64,000 nt of DNA from Eledone cirrhosa (lineage: Eukaryota). A model generated the notes under the pieces. It was not told the DNA's origin and ran no database searches. It saw nothing but the letters and a program-made list of their open reading frames with translations. The stretch lies in contig OZ024746.1 of assembly GCA_964016885.1 (NCBI GenBank), positions 34,658,001-34,722,000 on the forward strand, given 5' to 3'. Below are positions 29,051 to 41,523 of the stretch, in pieces; position 1 is the stretch's first letter, and each line of letters begins with the position of its first letter. Both the position numbers and the translations under genes were made by a program.

Positions 29051-29378
29051 TGCGTGTGTGTGGGGGTGCGTGTGTGTGTAGGTGTGTGTATTTGTGTTTG
29101 TGAGTATAGTGCGTGTGTGTGTATATGTGTGTGCGTGAGTGCACATCCCCAAGATGATATAAATTAATATGACAACATGAAATTCCTGCTGTTTGACACG
29201 AGTATTGTTCAAACTAAGACGGTCTGTGTGGGTGCCAAACGTAACCTTATGACGTTCCATCCGCCCACAAAAATACGAATATTAATGAAGTTGCGGTATT
29301 CCGCTATTGTAGATGCACCACATATTCTTGTGTTGGCATGTTGTCCGAATTCTTGGCTACACTCGTAAGTGAACGAAA
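28584..29378 (+). repeat. ~750-790 bp direct duplication, copy 1 (copy 2 at 31790-32537)
   Basis: Colinear sequence including internal microsatellites; parallel ORF-track peptides MKFLLFDTSIVQTKTV. Confidence 0.9.
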
Positions 29379-29389
29379 CTATATATATA

Positions 29390-29576
29390 TCAATAGATGA
29401 GAGTTACCAAAAACGTAGGTACCCTTGAAATATATATAATAAAATAATATTGTTTTATAAAGATAGTTTCCATTTATTAATATTATTCATATTATACTCC
29501 AGAAGAAAATTGTAGAGTGTTTCTAAGCTTTTATAAACTGAAATTTGCTCAATAACCAACAAATTATATATCATTG

Positions 29577-29578
<2 letters not shown>
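29390..29578 (+). repeat. Diverged pLTR 3' half related to 9025-9212
   Basis: gaaatatatataat..aata..at.g.tttataaa.atagtttccatttatt.aata followed by an actcca...gagtg hairpin. Confidence 0.65.
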
Positions 29579-29628
<50 letters not shown>

Positions 29629-29643
29629 CAATATATCATTGCT

Positions 29644-29679
<36 letters not shown>

Positions 29680-29715
29680 CCCATGTGCAACCACTCAGTA
29701 TTCTTCTTTCTTCTC

Positions 29716-29752
<37 letters not shown>

Positions 29753-29826
29753 CGAAGGAAATGTGGTAAGGAACCAGGTGGACCATAACGCAGCAAAGTA
29801 CTCAATACTTAGGGTAGTAGAGTTCC

Positions 29827-29939
<113 letters not shown>

Positions 29940-30312
29940 TGATTGATTGATTGTATATATTGATTACAGGCCCATTCTAATTCAGTGAATTTCTTTTTAA
30001 AGTGAGAATGTTAGCTAGCTATTTACCCTTATTCGAAAATTACTATGGTTTATCCTTTACGTTTCCTCGCAAAAGTATATAGCATATTCTAATTATATTA
30101 TATATGAATTCTGTTTGTCCTATCCATATCAACATTTCTGAATGCGACACATATTTTTTATCGATATGACACGGAATTCATACGACACAATTATGTTAAT
30201 TGTCCATGATATCAATTTTATCATTCATATATAAAATATTTTTGAGGAATAATTCTGCAAATATTGTTTAATTAAACATATCGACTTCCTTTCCAAGGAA
30301 ATATATAGATAT

Positions 30313-30438
<126 letters not shown>

Positions 30439-31184
30439 CGGCGATAAACAACACTGACCTAAGAGAAGTATAAATAAGTAAATAAAATTAAATAAAATAA
30501 GATAAATAAATACATACACAAGCACAATAACAACAAGCACGTAAACACACACTAGTCACCCAGCAGACACAACACTATACACACTAGTCACACATCACAC
30601 ATAACACTATACACACACGCAAACGCATGCGCAAAGGTAGACAAAATAAAATAAGATAAACAAACAAGCAAATAAATAAATAAATATATAGACAGACTGA
30701 ACAAAAAAATGGCGTAGACATACAACACAACAGGAGGAACAATGAATATAACACCACTGACGATGTTGCAGATGTGCAACGAAAGATTTATGTAAATTAT
30801 GTAAACTATATATATGTGTTTGCGTCTATATTGTATCTGTATTATTTTTGACCATCGGTCAGTCAATGGCAACATTGAGGACCGAGTAAGTTAGACCGCA
30901 GATATAAAAGACAGCGAGAAGCGAAAACCAACCAAACAGTGAGTGTGTTCTGTTATTAATTCTGGCAATATTACGCAAATATGACCCTCCCCAAATATAA
31001 CAATATATATATATATATATATTTAAAAGAATAGAGGTGAAACACACGAGCTGTGATATGTTGGTAAAAGGAATAGAAAATATATATATATATATATATA
31101 TATACATATGCATATATTAAAGAAATTATTTGGCCTGATAGTGGGGTTAAGAACCCCTCGGAGAAATGGAAAAAAAGATGAGTA

Positions 31185-31256
31185 TGACGTACAAGGGAGT
31201 CGAACCCACATTTTTGTTTATCCGGACCACTGTGCCACCATTTACACCAAAACATC
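31185..31256 (-). tRNA. Inverted copy of the tRNA-like cloverleaf
   Basis: Same fold with canonical B box GGTTCGACTCCC and a downstream T6 run. Confidence 0.6.
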
Positions 31257-31555
31257 ACCTCTCCTTTCCCATTCAAATTAGAAGCTATAAACTTAGCGAC
31301 TGTAATGTCAAGTGAGAATATAACCAAAGATGTAGGTTCGACTCCCATGTACGCCAATACTCATCTTTTTCCATTTCTTCGAGGGTTCTTAACCCCACTA
31401 TCAGGCTAAATAATTTCTTTAATTTCTTTAGTCAAAATACGGCGATAGCTAACATTTCTAATAATTTCAAACCCACTCGCTGTTTCGAAAATATTCTTAC
31501 TTGACATTACAGTCGCTAAGTTTATAGCTTCTAATTTTTGTGGAAAAAGACGGGT

Positions 31556-31627
31556 GATGTGTTGGTGTAATTGGTAGCACAGTGGTCCGGATAACCAAAG
31601 ATGTGGGTTCGGTTCCCATGTACGTCA
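31556..31627 (+). tRNA. tRNA-like cloverleaf/pseudo-tRNA (loop CCGGATA, nominal anticodon GGA)
   Basis: GATGTGT TG GTGT aattggta GCAC A GTGGT ccggata ACCAA agat GTGGG ttcggtt CCCAT GTACGTC A; TTTTT ~10 nt downstream. Confidence 0.65.
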
Positions 31628-31789
31628 ATATTCATCTTTTTCCATTTCTCCGAGTGTTCTTAACTCCACTATCAGGCTAAATAATTTCTTTAATTTCTTT
31701 ATTCAAAATACGGCGATAGCTTTCATTCCTAATAATTTCAAACCCACTCGCTGTTTCGAAAATATTCTTACATGATATACATATATGTA

Positions 31790-32157
31790 TATGTGTGTGT
31801 GTGCATGTGTACATGTGTCTGTGTGTATATTTGTGTGAGTGTTTATGTGCCTTTTGCTAGGAATTAGGTAGTGGCCAACGGCCACAGTCAGAAACGATGA
31901 CGTATTTGTCGCCAGATTCCCACATTTTGCTTCTGTTGGAATGTGCTAGATGGTTCAACGTGGTCTTTTTCCAAATTCATAGCTACAGGCTTTCAAAATG
32001 TTTATTCATAACGCACCGCATATCGCTAAATATAAAAAAATATGCATACTTATATGTATATAATAATCTCAGAGCTAACACCTTAAATGTATGTTCCCTC
32101 CGAGCAGGCCGATATCCCTATATGCAAATGAAGCTAATTTGGAACACGAATACTAAT

Positions 32158-32213
<56 letters not shown>

Positions 32214-32537
32214 CGTGTGTGTGGGGGTGCGTGTGTGTGTAGGTGTGTGTATTTGTGTTTGTGAGTATAGTGTGTGTGTGTGTATATGTGTGTGTGTGAG
32301 TGCACATCCCCAAGATGATATAAATTAATATGACAACATGAAATTCCTGCTGTTTGACACGAGTATTGTTCAAACTAAGACGGTCTGTGTGGATGCCCAA
32401 CGTAACCTTATTACGTTCCATCCGCCCACCAAAACACGAACATTAATGAAGTTGCGATATTCCGCTATTGTAGATGCACCACATTTTCTTGTGTTGGCAA
32501 GCTGTCCTAATTCTTATCTACACTCGTAAGTGAACGA
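31790..32537 (+). repeat. Direct duplication, copy 2 of 28584-29378
   Basis: Colinear with copy 1, roughly 90% similar by eye. Confidence 0.9.
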
Positions 32538-33593
32538 AAAATTCGAAGTTACCTACACATCTAAGTCTGTGCGAGTTGAAGCATAATTTTTAAATGTGGC
32601 CTTTGTCGGCGTGATCTTAGTTTCTTTCTATCCTCTATCTATCAAACAACTAGGGTAAAATAGACTTTGAAGTATTCTGCAAAGCATACGGTTTTGTTTT
32701 GTTTGTAGTTCATTGGGGTTTGTTGCACAAATATTGGGGTTTCAAGCGTATGTGTATTGGGATATGAGGTTTGATATATCATTTGTTTTCTACTGTTATT
32801 TTTGATGACGATGTATCTTAATCGCATATGGTCTGTGGCATGTCTAGATTTATCGTATAAATTTTCGTTTTAAAAAAAAACTCGATGTTGACTCTAAATA
32901 TATTTATTTATCATTTTCATGCTTGAGCAGATATATGATAAATATTGTTCAAACTAGCGACATGCTTATGTCAGTATTCGCCGTCTACTTCTTGTAACAA
33001 GCTATATGAGTCCATAGATTCTTTTTGTGATATGCAGTATTGTCGACTCCTTGAGTTTATTGTTTGTTTTATTTTATGATTTCATTTCTCTGTATTTTGC
33101 GTTCATTTGCAGTGAATAAGTTGCATATAATAGGTGCTAAACTTTCCTATACAATTAGCGCTTAGTGTTGTAGGTGATTGAGCTACCGTTTCGAATAGTT
33201 TACGTAGCTGTGTGAACAAAAAAGCGTGTGACAATATCAATGGCGGATGAAATATGTCGTTACGCTAATGTGTTTATTGTATTTAAAAAGGCTTACAATG
33301 ACAATTCTGCAACATAGACAAATATTTGTTCGATAAAATGATACATGTCACAAAATAAAAGTGAGAAAATACAGAATGAATATATAAATCATTTCTCAAT
33401 GAAAACGAATACAAAATAAAACAAATGATACAATATAATCTATAGCAACTGTAACACTGACAACAAAGTCTATAACAGTATAGGCTTAAAATCAATTGAA
33501 AACAGCAACAAAAAGTATTTTAGCGATAAACGATTTTAAAATTACACATACACATGTAAGTTTGTATGTAGACACCTGATTATTTAATTATTC

Positions 33594-33717
<124 letters not shown>

Positions 33718-33787
33718 CGGCGATGAATTAGTTTTAATCTGTTATTAATTCTGGCAATATTACACACATATGACCCTCCCCAAGTAT

Positions 33788-33859
<72 letters not shown>

Positions 33860-33862
<3 letters not shown>

Positions 33863-34366
33863 GTACGAGGTGAGTTTTATTGTAGTACAATAAAGCAATG
33901 CAGATATTGGATAAGACGCACTCTACAGTTTGTAGGACTGGAGTATACATAATATAAGATCAAAAGATGGTTAAAGGAGTTCCATGTATTTTATTATGCG
34001 CATTTCAAAAACAAACATCATCATGCAATAATATTTGTGTTTTCATCAGATAAAAACAGGAGAACATGATATGAATGCTAAAAAACACTTGTGGATAGTG
34101 CAGTTTTAAATCAACATATGAAAAGTGGTTTTAGATTGATGTGTGATATTGGGAAAATAAAATATTTTTCCCAATATCACACATCAATCTAAAACCACTT
34201 TTCATATGTTGATTTAAAACTGCACTATCCACAAGTGTTTTTTAGCCTTCATATCATGTTCTCCTGTTTTTATCTGATGAAAACACAAATATTATTGCAT
34301 GATGATGTTTGTTTTTGAAATACGCATAATAAAATACATGGATCTCCTTTAACTATCTTTTGATCT

Positions 34367-34373
<7 letters not shown>
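33860..34373 (-). mobile_element. Fold-back palindrome (33950-34373, ~205 bp arms) plus tail 33860-33950; inverted pLTR pair
   Basis: Near-perfect inverted repeat in (TA)n; tail has the actcca...gagtgc hairpin on the minus strand. Confidence 0.9.
33988..34056 (-). ncRNA. Minimal hammerhead ribozyme (mirror copy at 34267-34335, plus strand)
   Basis: TTTTAT-CTGATGA-AAACA...TGTTT-tt-GAAA-TGCGCA-TA-ATAAAA. Confidence 0.8.
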
Positions 34374-34397
<24 letters not shown>

Positions 34398-34398
34398 A

Positions 34399-34676
<278 letters not shown>

Positions 34677-34879
34677 GTGTGTGTCTATGTAGATTTTCTG
34701 CTTTGTCATATGTATTACGAGAAATAATTAATATTTGATAAATGGTATTTTCGTACGATTATTTTTCGTCATAAGATTTATTCACATTGAGATTCTACAG
34801 AAGCAGGAAATCAAGATGTTTTAATCCGTTTATATATACTCCACACTTAGTTCAGTGTTAATGAGCTATTCTAACTCTC

Positions 34880-35500
34880 CCTTTGCCAGGTTGCAGAGAA
34901 GGTTCGTGAAATGAACAAAGTCTGTGACACTGTAAATCGAATAGCTCTCTGCAAAATTCTCAAAAAGCTTTGCACACCTGACAATATGCTGAATGATAGT
35001 TTGTCTTTTCATGAGGGCATGAGGGCATGACAGCATCAATTCATCAGTACTTTAAGTGTAAAACACTGACACGAACGAGCTTTATTCGTTATGTATTGTT
35101 TTACCAATGATTTTGCCCTTGTTACAAAATCCCTTGATGGCACAGAAGATGTGATTATCCGAGTCTTGCTTGCCTGTAAAGCATGTTATTAAATCATCTG
35201 CATTACATAGTCTCAGATGGTACATCAACCAAGCCCAAACACACTCAGTCAGGTTGATATAGGGCAACGACAGCCAGTTGACAAAGAAGCACACAAGCAA
35301 TGTTAACTGCATAATAGTGCACATAATGTAAGTATTCCATATCTCAGCTATAAAAGACAATCTGAGTGTGAATATGCATCACGCTACTCTTGAAGCCCTA
35401 AGTTCTGACCAAGTAAAATAGAGAACTGTCTGCCGTGTAGGCATAAAGAACTATGAACAATTGCATCTGGTTCATCTACGTGTTCTAAGATCTAACACGA
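34880..35500 (-). pseudogene. Possible highly decayed hAT transposase remnant
   Basis: Minus-strand YVHYYA.. at ~35310-35328 resembles hAT YVHCYAHxLNL; coding-like composition; otherwise disrupted. Confidence 0.3.
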
Positions 35501-35636
35501 TGATCCCATGAATTAGTCCATAATATTCCGCTCAATATCCACTCATATTCACTAAATACGGTATAACATGTAAATCAGCAGTTGCCAATTGAGGCATTGC
35601 CATAGCAAATTGAACAGATGAACCCTCAAATATATC

Positions 35637-35698
<62 letters not shown>

Positions 35699-35947
35699 GT
35701 TTTCTTCGGCAGTGAGGCTACGCCCGTATGCCATATATGTATATAAACGTATATATGCTACAAATAATGAGGATTTTATAAGGCGGTCCTGATAGTATAA
35801 TTATATTTTAAATCATGTATTTTATTACTGGTTAGAGGTTAGCTGATTACATATTCTGACAGCCAGGGCTTCAGTTTGATTTCCTAATCATAGTATGTGT
35901 TGACAGAAATATATATACAGAGAGAGAGAGAGAGGGAGAGAGAGAAC

Positions 35948-36061
<114 letters not shown>

Positions 36062-36842
36062 GGGTTAACACGCCAACTTCTTTTTCTCATGTCGTAGATT
36101 ATAACTTCTTAAGGAGAATGATATTTGAATGATAAGATATAACCTGTCTCAGTATTTGTAATCTCTTATTGTATGTATTCATTAAGTTATTCATACGCTG
36201 ACACACACACATGCACACCCACGCAGACACACAAATCTCATACACACACATGTGAGCATATGTGCTTGCGTCTCTCTCTGTATATATTTCTGTGTTTCAG
36301 TTTTTGTGCATATCACTATACGCCTATATACTAAACTATTGTAAAGTATTGGTGAGAACCAATACCACTAAAAATCCTATATTTTATTATCAGTTAAATA
36401 TAAGAAGACTATGTACAGTAAATCGTACAACAACAAGTATAGAAATACTATTCATATTTTTTTCTTTCACATTATGTTAACAGCATGATGTTAGCTCTCT
36501 TCCGTCCGATTTTGTTCACAATTGCCCAAAATATTATTCGGCCAGAACAAAGTTACTATTCTAGATACGTACAATGGAATCGAATTATTCCCTTCAAAGA
36601 AGATATAAATTCTATGGAAATCTTTTACTATGTCAGCAACATGAAACAAGATAAATGGACATGTCGTTATTGTTATCAACCAAGCAAACTATCAAATTTA
36701 AAAATCGAGTGGATATTCAGAAACAGCATAAGCACTAATTGTCACCTAAACATATTCAAACATAAAGGCATACACTCAAATGTGGCATACGTGCCTATAT
36801 ATACACACACAAACCAACTGTACACACACACACACACACACA

Positions 36843-36912
<70 letters not shown>

Positions 36913-36917
<5 letters not shown>

Positions 36918-37358
36918 AGTGTAATTTACTACACAAAACGAAGGTTATAGAGAAAATTGAGGTTGGTAATGGCACATAGAATATATAAGAGACAGAATAC
37001 TTTTTTGTGAAAAAACATATAATTTTATAAGGTAATGAAATGATAAAGGGTATACCAGAAAGGGACCCAGCAGTCAACGAGCTGCTAAACGAGCTGCTAC
37101 CAAGATGAAAACTACTGTGAAATCCCACAATGAATTTTATACTTGAATTTTCAAATCTCAAATTTTAACTCTTCTTATTATTATTTTTTCTTAATATTAA
37201 TCAACATTTGAAAAGATGGCTTTTGCAGACCCATCGAAACCGGTCATTTTTTATACCCTTTATTATTTCCTTACCTCATAAAATTATATGTTTTTTCACA
37301 AAAAAGTATTCTGTCTCTTATATATTCCATGTGCCATTACCAACCTCAATTTTCTCTC
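36913..37358. mobile_element. Inverted repeat pair (36947-37053 and 37253-37358) with 200 bp spacer holding a hammerhead
   Basis: Arms give matching ORF-track peptides IICFFTKKYSVSYIF on both strands. Confidence 0.85.
37203..37250 (+). ncRNA. Minimal hammerhead ribozyme with U3:A8 core
   Basis: AACAT-TTGAAAA-GATGG cttttgcagac CCATC-GAAA-CCGG-TC-ATTTT; one mismatch in stem I. Confidence 0.65.
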
Positions 37359-37377
37359 TCTATATATATATATATAC

Positions 37378-37550
37378 GTTATTCCGGGTTGAATCGGAGG
37401 TAACCACAGTAAGTAAGGTACTCAATACATTGCAGAGTATAAAAGTTCTAATATAGATGAGATTCTACAGGACTAGAACTGTTTCATCAGATTCCTGATG
37501 ATTTCTAAGGAATGAAACAGTTCTAGTCCTGTAGATAGCATCTATATTAG

Positions 37551-37556
<6 letters not shown>
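37378..37556. repeat. Small fold-back (37444-37556) whose turn falls in a hammerhead core, plus tail
   Basis: tctacaggactagaactgtttcat / atgaaacagttctagtcctgtaga flanking CTGATGA-tttc taa ggaa-t-GAAA. Confidence 0.7.
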
Positions 37557-37621
<65 letters not shown>

Positions 37622-37664
37622 TAGGTAAATATACACAGGTGTGTATGATTGTGTATAAGAAGAT

Positions 37665-38063
37665 TATATTAATAAGAGGAATTCCAACTTTGTCTGATTT
37701 ACTCGTTTTATTTACAATCCTTTAAAATATATAATGGTATTATAATGAAATAGTATGATAGAATATTAAATTCTAAGTGTTAATTGAACAAGTACTTTCA
37801 TGCTTTCGCAATCTTCAGGTTCATAATATGTGGTGACAGTCGAGTTTGCAATTTTCAACTGTGAACATTGCAAACTCGACTGTCACCACATATTATGAAC
37901 CTGATGATTGCGAAAGCATGAAAGTACTTGTTCAATTAACACTTAGAATTTAATATTCTATCTATTCTATCATACTATTTCATTATAATAACATTATATA
38001 TTTTAAAGGATTGTAAATAAAACGAGTAAATCAGACAAAGTTGGAATTCCTCTTATTAATATA
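37665..38063. mobile_element. Fold-back palindrome, ~190 bp arms
   Basis: Near-perfect inverted repeat centred ~37860; 9 bp duplication in the right arm. Confidence 0.9.
37896..37934 (+). ncRNA. 39 nt minimal hammerhead ribozyme (mirror copy at 37785-37823 with CTGAAGA)
   Basis: TGAAC-CTGATGA-t TGC gaaa GCA t-GAAA-GTAC-TT-GTTCA. Confidence 0.85.
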
Positions 38064-38148
38064 TATATATATATATAACTCACAGTTGGGTGCGGATGCA
38101 TTCATGTATATATGTGTGTGTGTCCGCATGTATCTGTGTGTTTCTAAT

Positions 38149-38224
<76 letters not shown>

Positions 38225-38451
38225 ATTAGAAACACACAGATACATGCGGACACACACACATATATACATGAATGCATCCGCACCCAACTGTGAGTTAAGG
38301 GTGCCAACTTCACCGATGTTGCTCAATGAATGACTCGGACAGACTAGCTCTGTTTCTCCACCGTTATATCGCGTGACTATCTCCCCCTCCGCCTTTTGGG
38401 ATTCTTTCTCACGTCGTGTAGACGCGTTCTTGAGACTAGTAAAATGAGGTA

Positions 38452-38541
38452 TCCTCTTGATAAGTCGGCAGACCTCGCAAGGACTCTATATCTTTATGAT
38501 ATATTGTTTTTGTTTATGCCACGAAACTACGTAGTCGAGGA
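38452..38541 (+). ncRNA. Hammerhead ribozyme with U3:A8 core and long stem II
   Basis: TCCTC-TTGATAA-GT c GGCA...TGCC AC-GAAA-CTACGTAG-TC-GAGGA. Confidence 0.8.
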
Positions 38542-39048
38542 ATTTAGGAGCAGTTTAGGTATGATACATTTTATTACTAATTATATCTAAATGTTTCTTC
38601 TCTCTTCATAATGTATTTTTAACTCTGATACTGGTTCAGTCTAGTTCAACTGAATTGGTCTGTCCCAGTCATTCATTGAGCAACATCGGTGAAGTTGGCA
38701 CCCTTAACTCACAGTTGGGTGCGGATGCATTCATGTATATGTGTGTGTGTGTCCGCATGTATCTGTGTGTTTCTAATTATATTGTTAATAACTCCCTCTG
38801 GTCGAGCAATCTTTGAAGTGTGGGGACAGCTGGAAGGCTTCCATTACTCATACTTCTCGCCTTCTTCACCACCTCTTCTACGGCCTCGATATAAATACCC
38901 CCTCCGCCTCCGTGGTATTTTCTTCGGGGTTATAAGAGGCTTAGCTCTGTTTCTCGACCGTTATATCGCGTGACTATCTCCCCCTCCGCCTTTTGGGATT
39001 CTTTCTCACGTCGTGTAGACGCGTTCTTGAGACTAGTAAAATGAGGTA

Positions 39049-39138
39049 TCCTCTTGATAAGTCGGCAGACCTCGCAAGGACTCGATATCTTTATGATATA
39101 TTGTTTTTGTTTATGCCACGAAACTACGTAGTCGAGGA
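39049..39138 (+). ncRNA. Second tandem copy of the U3:A8 hammerhead
   Basis: Identical core and stems, 597 nt downstream. Confidence 0.8.
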
Positions 39139-39231
39139 ATTTAGGAGCAGTTTAGGTATGATACATTTTATTACTAATTATATCTAAATGTTTCTTCTCT
39201 CTTCATAATGTATATATATATATATATATAT

Positions 39232-40250
39232 GTAACAGTGTCTACAAATATCTGCCAGGATGTTTTTATATTGTAAAATTATGTATTTGTGTGCAAGCCC
39301 AGTCAGCATGTAACAAATCCTTAGTGAGTGCACCCCAGTTGGCATTAAGATCATCCGTGTTATCCGATGGGCGGGCTGGAGAGGGCTTATTGGGTTTAAC
39401 TTTCGGCTGGTAGAATCTCAGATTACAGAGAACTATGTCGTGGTCTGAGAGAAGAGGTTTTCCAGTGTAATATTGCGTTTTGTAATAGTGTTGTTACTAA
39501 ACACTAGGTCCAAAATGTTATTTCTGATATGTTGTTGGTGCAAAAACAAAGTCGAGAGTGAGTCTACTGCTGATTTGGCTACGGTTGAGTTTGAAGTTTC
39601 AGACTATTTGTAGATCAATCGACGCAGGGTAGATTGTAGTCTCCCTCTCTTAGTATGTTACCAAGTTGCATTGTCGTATACAAATTTAATTCAGTTGAAG
39701 CATACTTTGAAGCATAATACGAGCCTTTGTGGTGGCCTACATGTCCCAACTAGAATAACATATTTGGCTTTGTTGTGGACGGTGACTGATACATAGTAGC
39801 CATTCAAAAATATGTTCTTTTCATCTGCCGCAAAAGAAACATGCAGGAAAATGACAATTCCTCCATTCCTTCTACCGACACGATGAACGTGGATGATTTG
39901 AAAATGCATCACCTTCACGTCCGTTTCTAAATAGGAGTGTTTAAGATGTGTCTCAGTAAGGTAAAGATAGGGATGGTGTGGATGATTGTTAACCCGATCC
40001 TTAATAAATTCGGCCTTCCATTTTTATGTATTGATGAAGGAGCCGACACCCATTGCATTGAGTAGAAATGTTGAGTCGATAGTAGTGACAGGTTTTGACT
40101 GTTTTAGTGGGCTTGTGTTTGGTTGTTAGTGTTAGCAATGTGGGGAGTTGGTGTACTGGGGTCATAATAGAGGTGGGTTTTGTGTGATAGCTAAACGTTT
40201 TCTTTTTTCCTTTTTTTCGTTTTTGTATCTCCTTAGCGAGATTCACCATG
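39232..40250 (-). pseudogene. Decayed APE endonuclease region of a CR1/L2-group LINE
   Basis: Minus-strand HRVGRRNGGIVIF, NILDLVFSN (~39490-39520), LLSDHDIVLCN (~39420-39453). Confidence 0.7.
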
Positions 40251-40909
40251 GCTAAACAAGAGTTGTTTGAGGATGATATGTTTAAACATTCCTCTTTCGG
40301 TTATTCTAATAACAGAGGTGGACGAATCCTTCTCTAAATAAACCATTGTAAAATAATTCTTATTTCCGACGATAGTTTGAGATTAGTATTAATATCACTA
40401 ATTGTATCATTGTTTACCCATATTAAATATAGCAAATATTGTATCGGACGTGTATATGTTGATTAAGTGAGATCTGAGCTACATGATTTCCTGTGATATA
40501 TGACAAGTGATATGACATCGATGCAATTCGTACAGGCAACCGCAAACATCCAGTAACACACGCACACATATATATGTATGTATTTATATATATGTGTGTG
40601 TGTGTGCGCGTGTGTGTGCGTGTGTGTGGACATATACATATATATATACATATATACTTATATATATTACTTTCTCTGACTGTCTTTTTGCTCTCTCTCT
40701 CTATCACTCTCTCTCTCTGTCTCTCTGTCTGTCTATCTCTCTCTCTCTCTGTTTGGGAAACTGTACATATGTTTTCGCGTATATCCCATAATAGATGCAG
40801 TTGTTTTTGTGTGCAGATCCAATCTATGTTTGACCAGACAATTTCATATTCAATTCAACACACACACAGATTGGAAGCATACAAACACAAGCTTAAACAT
40901 GATTCATGA

Positions 40910-40978
<69 letters not shown>

Positions 40979-41435
40979 TTTTATTTGAATTCAGCTCCCA
41001 AGACCCGTGATTTAATCTGTGATAAGTTCCTTCACCTTTTAAAGGCAGGGTGTAAAATTAGCCAGTTATATGGGATTCCATATCTTGAGTCAATGCCCAA
41101 CACACACTGTATGGAACTATCGTATGACTTGGGACTCCTTGCTGATGAGCTTAACAACCCGGTTGCGTAAATGTCTACCCATATTACGTGAATTTCTGAA
41201 CATTGAATATCTATATCTGCATTTGAGAAGATATGTTGCACAGAAAGGATACTATCCAAGGGATGAGAATTTCACTTTTCAGTTTACCTAAACACCGCCA
41301 CCGCATCGGCTATAACTAAATGTGTACTCGATTACTGCAATTCATCAAGTTCATTGAATGAGCTTGACGCTGCCCGGAGACCATTGAATTGATACTAGCT
41401 ATCTACGTTATTCTCATATAGTATATATGTATATA

Positions 41436-41523
<88 letters not shown>

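Larger units (their letters stand above)
31116..31771. repeat. Inverted plus tandem array (~271 bp unit) of a repeat carrying a tRNA-like cloverleaf
   Basis: 31116-31318 inverted relative to tandem copies 31320-31590 and 31591-31771; a related fragment at 2214-2315. Confidence 0.85.
38077..39213 (+). mobile_element. Complex tandem/inverted ORF-less element: direct repeats 38344-38615 and 38942-39213 (597 bp period) plus inverted segments
   Basis: Duplicate ORF-track peptides MGFFLTSCRR; 38222-38335 inverted vs 38667-38781 and 38077-38152. Confidence 0.85.

Noticed and set aside
31130-31170. Hammerhead in the tRNA-like repeat (CTGATAG-tGGGG..CCCC-tcggaGAAA)
   Set aside because: Core does not match CUGANGA or UUGANAA, and no stem I or stem III can be formed
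41135-41185. Hammerhead-like CTGATGA-GC..GC-GTAA
   Set aside because: GAAA box mutated and stem I does not pair; at best a relic
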